A DNA stretch of 64,000 nt from an uncultured Gemmatimonadaceae bacterium (GCA_963716745.1 OY970320.1:64001-128000); one strand, 5' to 3'; counted from the stretch's first letter, positions 43,137 to 56,746 are shown. Translations and numbers: made by a program. Notes: generated by a model not told the origin, from the sequence alone.

Positions 43137-43401
43137 CCGCCGAGCGCGTCGTGACGATCGTGAATGAGAATGGCCTCCACGCGCGACCGGCGGCCGAAGT
43201 GGTGAAGGTCGCCGGGAGATTCAAATGCGAGATCACCATGGTCCGTGACGAGCTCGAAGTGAATGCGAAGAGCATCATGGGCGTGATGATGCTCGCGGCC
43301 GAATGCGGCGCGCAGTTGACGATCCGCGCCGACGGACCGGACGCGCAGGAGGCGGTGGATGCGCTCGCCGCGCTCATCGCGAACAAGTTCGGGGAGAGGA
43401 A

Positions 43402-43405
<4 letters not shown>
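43133..43405 (+). CDS. ptsH: Phosphocarrier protein HPr
   Basis: GLHARPA (His15), NAKSIMGVM (Ser46). Confidence 0.96.
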
Positions 43406-46617
<3,212 letters not shown>

Positions 46618-46638
46618 TCGGGCTTGGGAGGCGCGGGT

Positions 46639-47172
46639 ATGGTGGAAGTCACCGTGATGCGACTCGGGCTGGATAGCACGTCCAACTCCTACGTGGTGAT
46701 CCTGCAGGAGAAGGACGGCGAGCGCCTGCTCCCGATCTGGATCGGGCAGCCCGAGGCCGAGTCGATCGGCATGGAGCTGCAGAAGATCAAGCCGCCGCGC
46801 CCGCTCACGCACGATCTGTGCAAGCGCCTCATCACCGGCCTCGGCGCTACGCTGCGCCGCATCCAGATCACGCGCGTCGAGGAGAACACGTACTACGCGG
46901 AGTTGCAGCTGCAGCTGGGTGACCGCATGGTGCAGGTGGACGCGCGGCCGTCCGACAGCATCGCGCTCGCGCTGCGATTCGCGGCGCCGATCTTCGCGCA
47001 GGAGTCGCTCCTCACCGAGGTCGAAGTGGAGGAGAGCGCCGAGGAGCCGGAGGGGCCGAACTTCTCGGTCGAGGGGCCGGCCCTCGGCGAGAGCCGCGAT
47101 CTGTCGGCCGAGGCGCTCAAGGAGTATCTGGAGAAGATGCGGCCGGAGGATTTCGGGAAATTCAAGCTGTGA
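46639..47172 (+). CDS. Bifunctional nuclease (DUF151) family protein
   Basis: LPIWIG, PRPLTHDL, DARPSDSIALALR. Confidence 0.92.
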   Translation: MVEVTVMRLGLDSTSNSYVVILQEKDGERLLPIWIGQPEAESIGMELQKIKPPRPLTHDLCKRLITGLGATLRRIQITRVEENTYYAELQLQLGDRMVQVDARPSDSIALALRFAAPIFAQESLLTEVEVEESAEEPEGPNFSVEGPALGESRDLSAEALKEYLEKMRPEDFGKFKL

Positions 47173-48131
47173 TCGCGGCGCGCATCGCGCCGGCGGCCGC
47201 GCTCGCGCTGTGGTTGGGGCAGGGCGGCGGTGTGAACGAAGCGCGGGTGGTGGAGGGCCGCGTTACGCGCCCCGTCGCCGTGCAGAGCGCCGCGGTCCCT
47301 GTTGCCGGCGCGTGGGTCGTGTTGCATCGCGTGGGATCCGACACGGCGCATCCGCTCGATTCGGTGCGCACTGACGCGAACGGCCGGTACCGGGTCGCCT
47401 ATCGTGCGTTCGGCGTGGCCGACGCGGTGTATTTCGTGGCGGTGCGCCACGACGGCGTCGCGTATTTTTCCGCGCCGCTCGAGGGTGCGCGCGTCACCGG
47501 CGCCGACGCGGCGATCACCGTGTACGACACGTCGTCCGCGGGCGAACCGCTGCACGAGCGCGGGCGCCATGTGGTCGTTTTCGCCCCTGGCGCGGACGGC
47601 ACGCGCAAAGTGGTGGAGGTGTACGAGCTGGAGAATACCGGCATCACCACGCGCGTCGCGGCCGGCTTCGCCGATCCCGTGTGGCGCGCGGCGATCCCCG
47701 AGGCGGCGTCGGGTTTCCAAGCGGGTGAGAGCGACGTGTCGGCGGCATCGATCATCGGCGGAGGCGGGAAGGTGGATGTGTTCGCGCCGGTCGCGCCGGG
47801 ACTCAAACAAGTCACGTTCCAATATTCGCTCCCGTCGGGCGCGTTCCCGCTCACGCTGCCGCCGGCGCGCGACAGTCTGGTGTTCGAGGTCCTGCTCGAA
47901 GAGCCCGGTGCGGTGGCGGCGGGCGCCGGGCTCAAGCGCACTGACAGCGTGACCGTGAACGGTCATCATCTCTCGCGTTGGTTGTCGCCGAATGCGCCGC
48001 GCAATGCGGTCGCGACCATTGGCGGGGTGCCGCATCGCGATCGCATGACGTTCGCGGTGACGGGCCTCGTGATCGCGATGGGCGGTGCAATGCTCGCCGC
48101 GCTCATCATCGGACGCCGCCGCGGCGGTTGA
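47169..48131 (+). CDS. Exported protein with carboxypeptidase-regulatory-like (transthyretin-type) domain and C-terminal TM anchor
   Basis: Signal-like N-terminus, VTLH-type strand and TDANGRY motif, C-terminal TM followed by RRR. Confidence 0.55.
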   Translation: MIAARIAPAAALALWLGQGGGVNEARVVEGRVTRPVAVQSAAVPVAGAWVVLHRVGSDTAHPLDSVRTDANGRYRVAYRAFGVADAVYFVAVRHDGVAYFSAPLEGARVTGADAAITVYDTSSAGEPLHERGRHVVVFAPGADGTRKVVEVYELENTGITTRVAAGFADPVWRAAIPEAASGFQAGESDVSAASIIGGGGKVDVFAPVAPGLKQVTFQYSLPSGAFPLTLPPARDSLVFEVLLEEPGAVAAGAGLKRTDSVTVNGHHLSRWLSPNAPRNAVATIGGVPHRDRMTFAVTGLVIAMGGAMLAALIIGRRRGG

Positions 48132-48156
48132 CGCGCGCCGCGAGCCGCGGTAGCTT
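48128..48156 (+). promoter_or_regulatory. sigma70-like promoter of the B12 riboswitch leader
   Basis: TTGACG-N17-TAGCTT. Confidence 0.75.
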
Positions 48157-48173
48157 CGACGCACAATCGAATT

Positions 48174-48317
48174 GCGGATGCGGGTCCCGGAAGCCGGTGT
48201 GAATCCGGCGCGGTCCCGCCACTGTAACGGGCACATGAGTGCGCTCACCACGCCACTGGCCAGACAGGCTGGGAAGGCGGGCGCGCTGCCCGAAGCCAGG
48301 AGACGCCTCGCGTCCGC
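48174..48317 (+). ncRNA. Cobalamin riboswitch
   Basis: GGAAxxxGGTGxxAATCC, CCCGCCACTGTAA, GCCACTG...GGGAAGGC, AAGCCAGGAGAC; P1 48174-48184 pairs with 48307-48317; upstream of btuFCDB. Confidence 0.93.
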
Positions 48318-48386
48318 GCCACGAACTCAGTCCCTCGGAGAAAGGGCTGGTGGCCGCGCGAGCCGTTCCACTCGCGCGTGCACCCG

Positions 48387-48418
48387 GACACCGCTCCGAA
48401 CTGGAGGGTGTCTTTTTT
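48387..48418 (+). terminator. Riboswitch expression-platform hairpin (intrinsic terminator that includes the btuF SD)
   Basis: GACACCgCTCC-GAACT-GGAGGGTGTC followed by TTTTTT. Confidence 0.7.
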
Positions 48419-49301
48419 GTTGCTCCGCCGTGCCGCCGTGCTCGTGCTCTGCGTCGTCGCCGCATGCCGCTCGCATGACGAGGCCGCGCCCAGCGCGCTC
48501 ACTGATGATTTCGGTGCGACGATCGCGCGCGGTTCGGCCGGCCATCCCGCGCGCATCGTCTCGCTGAGCCCCGCCACCACGGAGCTGCTGTTCGCGATCG
48601 GCGCGGGCCCTCGCCTCGTGGGCCGCACCACGTGGGACACGTATCCCGCCGAAGCGCGCGCCGTGCCCGACGTCGGCGCCGGACTCCGGCCGAATGTCGA
48701 AGCGGTGCTCGCGCGCCGGCCGGATCTCGTGGTGTTGTATGCGAGCGCGGATAACCGCGCCGCCGACGCGCAACTGCGCGCGGCGGGCGTTCCCGTGATC
48801 TCGCTCAAGATCGACCGCATCGCGGCCTTCCGCCGCGCCGCGATGCTGCTCGGGCTCGCCACCGGCGACAGCGCGCAGGCGGCGATGGTGGTCGACTCCG
48901 TGCAGCGCACGCTCGATCGCGTGCGCGCGGCCACGAGCGGCCTCGAGCGGCCGACGGTCTTCTGGCACGTCTGGGACGCGCCCATTTACACCATTGGCGC
49001 GGGCAGCTACCTCAATGAACTCCTCAACATCGCCGGCGCGAAGAACGTGTACGCCGACATCCTCGCGCCCTCGCCGCAAGTGTCGCTCGAGGACATCGTG
49101 CGACGCGATCCGCGTTTCATCCTCGCGGGCCCCGAGGGTGCCGCGCATATCCGTGCGAACGAGGAATGGCAGGGCGTGCGCGCTGTGCGCGAGCATCGCG
49201 TGCTGGTCGTCGACACGATGCTCGTCGGCCGCCCCTCGGTGCGCCTGGGCGAGGCGGCGCTGAGTCTCGCCAAGCTGCTCCATCCCGGCGCCATCAAGTG
49301 A
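48417..49301 (+). CDS. btuF: Cobalamin ABC transporter substrate-binding lipoprotein
   Basis: Lipobox VAAC, RIVSLSPATTELLFAIG, PNVEAVL, GRPSVRL; start approximate (TTG 48417 or GTG 48408). Confidence 0.85.
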   Translation: MLLRRAAVLVLCVVAACRSHDEAAPSALTDDFGATIARGSAGHPARIVSLSPATTELLFAIGAGPRLVGRTTWDTYPAEARAVPDVGAGLRPNVEAVLARRPDLVVLYASADNRAADAQLRAAGVPVISLKIDRIAAFRRAAMLLGLATGDSAQAAMVVDSVQRTLDRVRAATSGLERPTVFWHVWDAPIYTIGAGSYLNELLNIAGAKNVYADILAPSPQVSLEDIVRRDPRFILAGPEGAAHIRANEEWQGVRAVREHRVLVVDTMLVGRPSVRLGEAALSLAKLLHPGAIK

Positions 49302-50275
49302 CGCGCGCCGGCTGGTGGTTCGCGGCCGCGGCCGCGCTCACGCTCCTCGCGCTCGTCGCCATCTCGTACGGATCGGTCGCGCTCCCCCTCGGCGACGTCG
49401 CGCGCGCGCTCGCGGGGCAGGGCAACGCGGAGACGGTGTCGATCGTGCGCGGGCTCAGGCTGCCGCGCGTCGCGCTCGCGCTGCTCGTGGGCGCGGGGCT
49501 GGGCATGGCGGGCGCCGCGCTCCAAGGGTCGCTGCGCAACGCGCTGGCCGAGCCGTATCTCCTCGGTGTTTCGGGTGGCGCTGCGGTGGGCGCGGTGATC
49601 GCGGTGGCGGTCGGCTTCAGCGGCGCGGGTGCGCTCCCCCTCGCCGCGTTCGCCGGCGCCGCGCTCGCGATCGGGGCGGCGTTGCTCGTCTCGCGCGCCG
49701 CGGGTGGCCGTGCCGACGCGCGCGCGCTGCTCATGGCCGGCGTGATCATCGGCGCCTTCGCGAACGCGGCGATCATGGCGCTCCTGGCGAACGCGCCACC
49801 GAACGAGGTGCGCGGCGCGCTCTGGTGGATGATGGGATCGGTGGCCGACGCCGAGTGGCCTCGTGTGCGGTGGCTCGCAGTGTACGTGTTGCTCGCGGGC
49901 GGTGCGCTCATCTGGTTCGCGCGCGACATCGACGTGCTCGCGCTCGGCGAGGAACCGGCTGCCGGCCTCGGCGTGGATGTCGATCGCGCCGGCCGCCGGA
50001 TCTATCTCGTGAGCTCGCTGCTGGCCGCCGCGACCGTGGCCGCGGCGGGCCTCGTCGGATTCGTGGGACTCGTGGTGCCGCATCTCGTGCGCGGCGCGGG
50101 CGTGCGCCGCCACCGTCCGCTCATCGCCGGCGCCGCGCTCGCCGGCGCGGCGCTCGTCGTCGCGGCCGATCTCGCGGCGCGCACCGTGCGCGCGCCCGCC
50201 GAACTGCCGCTCGGCGCCGTCACGGCGCTCATCGGCGTCCCATTCTTCCTCGTGCAGCTGCGGCGGTTCGCATGA
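49298..50275 (+). CDS. btuC: Cobalamin/FecCD-type ABC permease
   Basis: LRLPR, RNALAEPYLLGVSGGA, GFVGLVVPHL, ELPLGAVTALIG. Confidence 0.88.
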   Translation: MTRAGWWFAAAAALTLLALVAISYGSVALPLGDVARALAGQGNAETVSIVRGLRLPRVALALLVGAGLGMAGAALQGSLRNALAEPYLLGVSGGAAVGAVIAVAVGFSGAGALPLAAFAGAALAIGAALLVSRAAGGRADARALLMAGVIIGAFANAAIMALLANAPPNEVRGALWWMMGSVADAEWPRVRWLAVYVLLAGGALIWFARDIDVLALGEEPAAGLGVDVDRAGRRIYLVSSLLAAATVAAAGLVGFVGLVVPHLVRGAGVRRHRPLIAGAALAGAALVVAADLAARTVRAPAELPLGAVTALIGVPFFLVQLRRFA

Positions 50276-51063
50276 TCGCCTTCGAGCATGCCGTCATCCG
50301 CTATCCGCATGCGCGCGTGAATGCGGTGGACGACGTCACCTTCCGCGCGCTGCCCGGCACACTCACCGCGGTGTGCGGCCCGAACGGCAGCGGCAAGAGC
50401 ACGCTCATCCGCGCGCTGCTGCGCCTGGAGCCGCTCGCCGGCGGCGGCGTGAACATCGAGGGCGAGCCGCTCGAGCGGTTCGACCGCCGTGCGCTTGCCC
50501 GGCGCGTCGCGATCGTGCCGCAGCGCGAGGCGCTCGTCTTCCCGCTGCCCGTGCGCGAGTATGTCGCTTTCGGGCGCTATCCGCACGAGGGTCCATGGCG
50601 CGCCGCGGCCGCTGAGGATGAGCGCGCGGTCGATCGCGCGCTCTCGCTCGCCGGCGTCTCGGAGTTCGCCGCGCGCAGCACGCTCGAACTGAGTGGCGGG
50701 GAATGGCAGCGCGTGCGCATCGCGCGCGCGCTCGCGCAGGGCGGTCGCGCGCTCGTGCTCGACGAGCCCACCACCTTCCTCGATGTCGCGCATGAGATGG
50801 CGATGTTCGAGCTGTTCGCGCGCCTCGCCCGCGACGGGATGGCCGTGCTGCTCGTGAGCCATCAGCTGAATCTCGTCGCCCGCTTCGCCGACCTCATCGT
50901 GCTGCTGCACGGCGGGCAGGTCGCCGCCGCGGGTGCGCCCGCCGCCGTCATGCGCGGCGATGTCCTGGAACGAGTCTACGACTGGCCGCTCGTCATTACC
51001 CGCGATCCCGCGGTCGGCGCTCCGGCGCTCGTGCCGCTCCGCCGCCCGCCAACGCACTCCTGA
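50272..51063 (+). CDS. btuD: Cobalamin/iron-chelate ABC ATPase
   Basis: GPNGSGKS, LSGGEWQR, LDEPT. Confidence 0.85.
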   Translation: MIAFEHAVIRYPHARVNAVDDVTFRALPGTLTAVCGPNGSGKSTLIRALLRLEPLAGGGVNIEGEPLERFDRRALARRVAIVPQREALVFPLPVREYVAFGRYPHEGPWRAAAAEDERAVDRALSLAGVSEFAARSTLELSGGEWQRVRIARALAQGGRALVLDEPTTFLDVAHEMAMFELFARLARDGMAVLLVSHQLNLVARFADLIVLLHGGQVAAAGAPAAVMRGDVLERVYDWPLVITRDPAVGAPALVPLRRPPTHS

Positions 51064-51078
51064 CCAAGTGAGCATCCT

Positions 51079-53053
51079 GTGATCCGTCGCCTCGCATCGT
51101 GTGTCCTGCTCGCCCTCGCCTCTGCCGCCGGCGCGCTGCGTGCGCAGAACTCGGTCTTCCAGCCGCCTTCGAAGGACACGGCGGTGCTCCGTTCGGTGGT
51201 GGTCACTGCGACGCGCGACTCCGTGACGCAGGTTGCGCCTACCGCATCCACGACCGTCATTTCGGGCGAAGAGTTGCGCGCGGAGGGGATCATTTCGCTC
51301 GCGCAGGCGCTCAGCGTGATCTCGAGCATGACCACCGTGCAGGCCGGTTCCTTCGGCGCCACCACGTCGCTCTTCACGCGCGGCGGCCAGAGCAACTACA
51401 CGCTCATCATGGTGGACGGTTCACCCGTGAACGATCCGGGCGGCTTCGCCGATCTCGCGAACCTCACCACCGACAACATCGACCGCATCGAGATCCTGCG
51501 CGGACCCGGCAGCGTGCTCTATGGCTCCAACGCGATCAGCGGTGTCATCCAGATCTTCACGCGGCGCCGCACCACCGCCGATTTCGCCAACGTCGTGGCG
51601 AGCGGCGGCAGCTACGGCACGCGCGACTACCAGCTCGGCGGCGGGTTCGGCAAGGAGACGATCTCGGCGTCGCTCGAATGCGTCGCGCTCGAACACGAAT
51701 GGGATCTACTCGTTCAACAACGCCGCGAAGAACAATGTGTACAGCGGCGTCATCCATTTCGGGAGCCCGGGGAGCGCGCACCTGGACATCGCCGGCCGGC
51801 AGAATCGCTCCGTGTACAATTTCCCCACCGACTTCACGGGCGCGCAGGTCGACAGCAGCCAGTGGACCACCAGCCGGCTGACCGTCGCCTCCGTCGACGG
51901 CGGCTTCTATATGGGAAAGAAAGTCGAATTCCGCGTGCTGGCGGCCGGCACGCAGAACCAGAGCACGTCGCAAAGGCTCCAGGAGAGCGGCGCCGATACG
52001 GTCGGCGTCTTCTATGTCGACCCCAGCACCACCAAGCAGTGGAGCATCGACGCGCGGCTCGCCATCCACGCGAATGCCTCGACCGCGATCACGCTGGGCG
52101 GCGAGTACGACGATCAGCAGATCAAGAGCTCCGATTCCAGCTTCTCGTCGGACTTCAACGACACCTCGTCGTTCGCGCACTCCCGCACGAACACGGCGTA
52201 CTACGCCAACGCCACGGGCGACATTGGGTCCAAGTTCTCGTACAACGCCGGCATCCGCATCACGAACAGCGATCTCTTCGGCACGAATACGAGCTATCGC
52301 GTGGGCGCCGGCTACGTGTTGCTGCCCAAGACCATCATCCGCGGCTCCATTGGCAGCGCGTTCAACGAGCCGTCGTTCTACGAGCAGTATTCCACGGGCT
52401 TCACGACCGGAAATCCCGATCTCAAGCCCGAGACCGGCATGTCGTGGGAGATCGGATTGCAGCAGTCGATCTCCGATGGCCGCGGCGTGATGGGCGTCAC
52501 GTACTTCTCGCAGAAGTTCACGAACATGATCCAGTACGATCCGGGCGTGCCGTTCGGCGATCCGAACTATTCGAACATCGCGAAGGCCGACGCGAGCGGC
52601 ATCGAGGCCGAGCTGCGGCTGGCAGTGTCGAAGCAGTGGTTCCTCGACTTCGCGTACACGTGGCTCGAGACGAAGGTCGTGGACGCGCTCTCGAGCGGCG
52701 ATCCCGGCGCCACGCTCATCCAGGGCCAGGCGCTGCTGCGCCGGCCGGCGAACGCGGGCAGCGTGAGCCTCAGCTACGACATGGCGAAGAAGCTCTACGT
52801 GAACGTGCAAGGGCAGTACGTCGGCAGCCGCGCGGACGTCGATTTCAGTACCGATGAGCGCGTGACGCTCCCGTCATATTTCCTTCTGAACGCGGGCATG
52901 CTGCTCACCCTCAAGTCCGACGCCGACGGCCGCTTCATCGGCATCACCGCGCGCGCGAATAACATCTTCAACCACGGCTACCAGCAGACTGTCGGCTTCG
53001 CCGCGCCGGGACGCACGCTGCTGATTGGGATCAGACTGGGAGTCGGCTACTAA
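51079..53053 (+). CDS. btuB: TonB-dependent cobalamin receptor; apparent +1 frameshift near 51676
   Basis: TonB box VVVTATR, plug IDRIEILRGPGSVLYG, GNPDLKPE, LLRRP, ANNIFN...PGR. Confidence 0.85.
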
Positions 53054-53067
53054 CGCCCCTGTAGTTC

Positions 53068-53155
53068 AAATCCTGTCAATCATGTTAATCCTGTCCAATG
53101 CCGTTCACTGGCCTCAAGAAAGGCTTTGACAGGATTAACACGATTGACATGATTT
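53068..53155. repeat. Palindromic intergenic repeat, copy 2
   Basis: 53068-53102 pairs imperfectly with 53122-53155; arms nearly identical to those of 12931-13009. Confidence 0.9.
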
Positions 53156-53189
53156 GGGGACTCATCGCTCCGGCGGTTATCTTGCTCTG

Positions 53190-53954
53190 ATGCCGCTTCT
53201 CGAGACCGACGCGATCGTCCTCCACGCCTTCGACTATTCGGAGACCAGTCGCATCCTCCGGCTCGCGACGCGCGACGCGGGGGTGCAGTCGGTGCTCGCG
53301 CGCGGCGCGCGGCGCTCCAAGAGCCGCTTCGGCAGCGCCGTGGACCTCTTCGCGCAGGGCCACGCCGAGCTGCATCTGCGCGAGGGCCGCGACCTGCAAA
53401 CGCTCAGCGCTTTTGACGTCACTCAGGCGCGCGCGGCGATCGCCAATGACCTCGGTCGCTTCACGGGCGCCAGCGCCATCGCCGAAATTGTGATGCGATT
53501 CGCCGCGGCCGACGACTCGCACGTCTCGCTCTTCGATGCATTAGGCCTCGCGCTCGATCGCGTGGCGAGCGCACCCGCGGAGCAGGCGAGCGAGGCCGCG
53601 CTCGGCGGCGCATGGCGTCTCCTTGCCGAGCTGGGGTTCGCGCCCCAGCTCGCCGAGTGCAGCGCGTGCCACACGCCGCTCGATCCCGCTGCCACCGTCG
53701 CATTCCAGCATGCCCTCGGCGGTGCGCTCTGCGCGTCGTGCGCCGCGCGGAACCCGGGCGGCCGCAGTCTCCCGGCCGCCGACCGCGCGCGCATCGCCGC
53801 GTGGACCGTGGGCAGCAGCACCTCCGCGCTCTCGCCGCGCGAGGCCCAGGCACACCAGCGTCTCCTGCGCGAATTCGTCGAATACCATCTCTCGGACAAT
53901 CGCGCTCTGCGGGCCTTCGCGGCGTGGGAGCATGGACACTGGGACGCTCCGTGA
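53190..53954 (+). CDS. recO: DNA repair protein RecO
   Basis: DYSETSRI, ARGARRSKSRFG, LGFAP, zinc finger CSAC...CASC. Confidence 0.93.
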   Translation: MPLLETDAIVLHAFDYSETSRILRLATRDAGVQSVLARGARRSKSRFGSAVDLFAQGHAELHLREGRDLQTLSAFDVTQARAAIANDLGRFTGASAIAEIVMRFAAADDSHVSLFDALGLALDRVASAPAEQASEAALGGAWRLLAELGFAPQLAECSACHTPLDPAATVAFQHALGGALCASCAARNPGGRSLPAADRARIAAWTVGSSTSALSPREAQAHQRLLREFVEYHLSDNRALRAFAAWEHGHWDAP

Positions 53955-55789
53955 TCCTCGGCACCGCCGGCCACGTCGATCACGGCAAGACCGCACTCGT
54001 GAAAGCGCTCACCGGCGTCGATACCGACCGGCTCGCCGAAGAGAAACGCCGCGGGATCACGATCGAACTGGGCTTCGCGCCACTCGTCATCGACGATCTC
54101 ACGCTCGGCGTGGTGGATGTGCCGGGCCACGAGGCATTCGTGCGCAACATGCTTGCCGGCGCCACCGGCATCGACCTCGCGCTCCTCGTGGTCGCCGCCG
54201 ACGAGGGCGTGATGCCGCAGACGCGCGAGCATCTAGCCATCCTCTCGTTACTCGGAATTCGCGGCGGCGTGATCGCCCTCACGAAGTGCGATCTCGGCGA
54301 CGCCGACTGGCGCGCGCTCGTGGCCGACAATGTGCGTGCCGCGGTGCAGGGAACTCCGCTCGCGAACGCGCCGATCGTCGCCACATCCGTGTCGACTGGC
54401 GAAGGGCTCGACGCGCTGCGTGCCGCCATCGCACACGCCGCCGCCGCGCTTCCCGCGCATGACGCGTCGGACCTCTTCCGTCTCCCGATCGATCGCGCGT
54501 TCACCGTGAAGGGCACCGGCACGGTGGTCACCGGCACCGTGTGGAGCGGCACGCTGGAGCGCGAGGCCGTGGTGAGAGTGCTGCCGCTCGAGAAGGAGGC
54601 GCGCGTGCGCGGCATCGAGTCGCACGGCCGCGCGGCCGAGCGGGCGCTCCCCGGAACGCGTGCCGCGATCGCGCTGTCGGGCGTTGAGGTCGCAGAAGTC
54701 TCGCGCGGCATGACGCTCGTGGCCGGCGCGGCCTGGTCGCCGTCGCGCGTACTGCTCGCCGAGGTCGCGCTGCTCGAGAGCGCTCCGCGCGCGCTCGGCG
54801 CCCGCACCGCCGTGCGATTCCACTTGGGTACGCAGGAGGTCGGCGCGCGTGTGGTCTGTCCGGGCGGCAAGCTCGCGGTGGGCGCCTCGGCACAGGCTCG
54901 CATCATGCTCGATCGGCCCGTGGTCGCGCGCGCCGGCGACAGGTTCGTGCTGCGCGGCGGTTCGCCGCTCACGACGATCGGCGGCGGTGTCGTGAACGAT
55001 CCGGCGCCGCCCGGCCGGCGGGCGCGCCCGTGGCCCGCGAGCACGCTCGCGCCCGCCGCGCGTCTCGCGCACGCCGTGGAGACGGCAGGCGCGCGCGGCG
55101 TGCCGCTCGCGGAGCTTGCATTGCGCACCGGCGTCTCGCCGCCGGAGGCAGCCGCCCTCGCCCAGAGTCTCGATGCCTCGACGCTCGAGGTATCAGGCGC
55201 GATCTATTCCGCGAGTATCCTGGACGATCTCGACCGCCGCCTCATCGCGCTCGTCGACGCCCATCACACGAAGTTCCCGCTCGACGCCGGCGCGCAGCTG
55301 CAATCGATCCGCGCGAAACTCGCAGCCGCGGATGCATTGGTGGACCACGCGCTCACACGCCGCACGCGCGACCGCACGCTCCAGGTGGAAGGCGCGCTCA
55401 TCCGCCGCGCCGGCTTCCGTCCTAAGCTCAATGACAGCCAGTCCAGGCGGCGCAACGAGATCCTCGACGCGCTGCGCGCCGCCGGCCGCGAGCCGCCCAC
55501 GGTCAGCGAACTCGAATCTCGCCTGGGAAAGGGCCTGGCTCCCCTCATGCGCATGCTGGATCGGGAAGGTCTACTCGTGGCCGTCGAGCAAGACCGCTAC
55601 TACGCGAAGGAGGCGCTCGATACGCTCATCGGCCAATTGCGCGCCACCCTCGCGCCGGGTCAGGTTTACCCGCCGAGCGACCTTCGCACCTTGCTGGGTG
55701 TCTCAAGGAAGTACCTGATCCCGCTCCTGGAATACCTCGACCGCACCGGCATGACGCGCCGTCACGCCGACGGCCGCTCGCTCGTGTAG
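53951..55789 (+). CDS. selB: Selenocysteine-specific elongation factor
   Basis: GTAGHVDHGKT, EEKRRGITIELGF, DVPGHEAFVRNM, C-terminal winged helix SRKYLIPLLEYLD. Confidence 0.96.
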   Translation: MILGTAGHVDHGKTALVKALTGVDTDRLAEEKRRGITIELGFAPLVIDDLTLGVVDVPGHEAFVRNMLAGATGIDLALLVVAADEGVMPQTREHLAILSLLGIRGGVIALTKCDLGDADWRALVADNVRAAVQGTPLANAPIVATSVSTGEGLDALRAAIAHAAAALPAHDASDLFRLPIDRAFTVKGTGTVVTGTVWSGTLEREAVVRVLPLEKEARVRGIESHGRAAERALPGTRAAIALSGVEVAEVSRGMTLVAGAAWSPSRVLLAEVALLESAPRALGARTAVRFHLGTQEVGARVVCPGGKLAVGASAQARIMLDRPVVARAGDRFVLRGGSPLTTIGGGVVNDPAPPGRRARPWPASTLAPAARLAHAVETAGARGVPLAELALRTGVSPPEAAALAQSLDASTLEVSGAIYSASILDDLDRRLIALVDAHHTKFPLDAGAQLQSIRAKLAAADALVDHALTRRTRDRTLQVEGALIRRAGFRPKLNDSQSRRRNEILDALRAAGREPPTVSELESRLGKGLAPLMRMLDREGLLVAVEQDRYYAKEALDTLIGQLRATLAPGQVYPPSDLRTLLGVSRKYLIPLLEYLDRTGMTRRHADGRSLV

Positions 55790-55838
55790 TTGTAGTGGCC
55801 GGCGACAGCCCACAGCCGACAGCCCGTGTCCGATTTTC

Positions 55839-55867
55839 TTGACGTTTGTACCTCGCCCCCCTATGTT
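55839..55867 (+). promoter_or_regulatory. sigma70-like promoter
   Basis: TTGACG-N17-TATGTT. Confidence 0.7.
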
Positions 55868-55936
55868 CGCCGCCAAACACACCCTGTATCGCGGAGCAGC
55901 GGAAAGGTCCCTATCCCGTCAGTCCGGAGAAGGCAC

Positions 55937-56413
55937 ATGAAGGTCCGTTGGGCAGCACTGCTGTTCGTGCTCGCCCTCGGTGCGCTCACGCCGGGGACAG
56001 TGAGGGCCCAGGCGACCCCGGTTAATCCGCCGGCACCGCCGGCGCCGCCCGCCCCCCCACGGAGCCCCGGGTTCGAGCTCCAACAGAATAGCCCGAACCC
56101 GTTCACGCAAACGACCATCATCCCGTTCACACTCGGCGATCCGCCCGGCTGCAGCGACGGCGGCCGCGAGTACACGGTGACGCTGCGCATCTTCAACGTG
56201 CTCGCGCAGCTCATGGCGATCCCGGTGCTGCAGACGGGCGAGTTCGCGAACGGGCAGCTCCTGTCGGGACTCGCCCTCCGCTGCGGCAACTACATCGCAT
56301 TCTGGAACGGCAACTTCCTCAACACGACGCAGCCAGTGCCGCCGGGCGTCTACCTGTACCGCATCGAAGTCGACGGTCGCGCGACGGCGAGGAAAATGGT
56401 CGTGGTTCGATAG
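55937..56413 (+). CDS. Small exported protein made of a T9SS type-A sorting / FlgD Ig-like domain
   Basis: Signal peptide, Pro-rich linker, LQQNSPNPF...TIIPF, IFNVLAQ, WNG, PGVYLYRI, RKMVVVR. Confidence 0.75.
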   Translation: MKVRWAALLFVLALGALTPGTVRAQATPVNPPAPPAPPAPPRSPGFELQQNSPNPFTQTTIIPFTLGDPPGCSDGGREYTVTLRIFNVLAQLMAIPVLQTGEFANGQLLSGLALRCGNYIAFWNGNFLNTTQPVPPGVYLYRIEVDGRATARKMVVVR

Positions 56414-56440
56414 GGTGTGCATTGCAATGCACGATGCAGG

Positions 56441-56746
56441 CTATTTCTTTCCGACCCCCGCGTCCACCAGCTTCCACAGCGACTCTGCCCGTGCCGGTTG
56501 CGCCGACAGGGCACGCGCAGCGGCGTCGAGCTGCTCGGGCGTGACCTTGTAGCGCCGTAGGATCAGATGGCGCGTGGAGTCGCGCATCAGCGCATCGACC
56601 GTCGTATCTTGAGCATTACGCCTCAGGTCGATCATGCTGTGCACGAACGTCGTATCGCTCATCCCGAGCTGCGCCTTCTTCTCCGCCGGCGGACAAGCAG
56701 CGAGGAAGAACCCGACACCGATGGTCGTTGCGGAGCGTAATTTCAT
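56441..56746 (-). CDS. Small helical lipoprotein (DUF4296-like)
   Basis: Lipobox LAAC; ILRRYKVTPEQL motif. Confidence 0.55.
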   Translation of the reverse strand: MKLRSATTIGVGFFLAACPPAEKKAQLGMSDTTFVHSMIDLRRNAQDTTVDALMRDSTRHLILRRYKVTPEQLDAAARALSAQPARAESLWKLVDAGVGKK

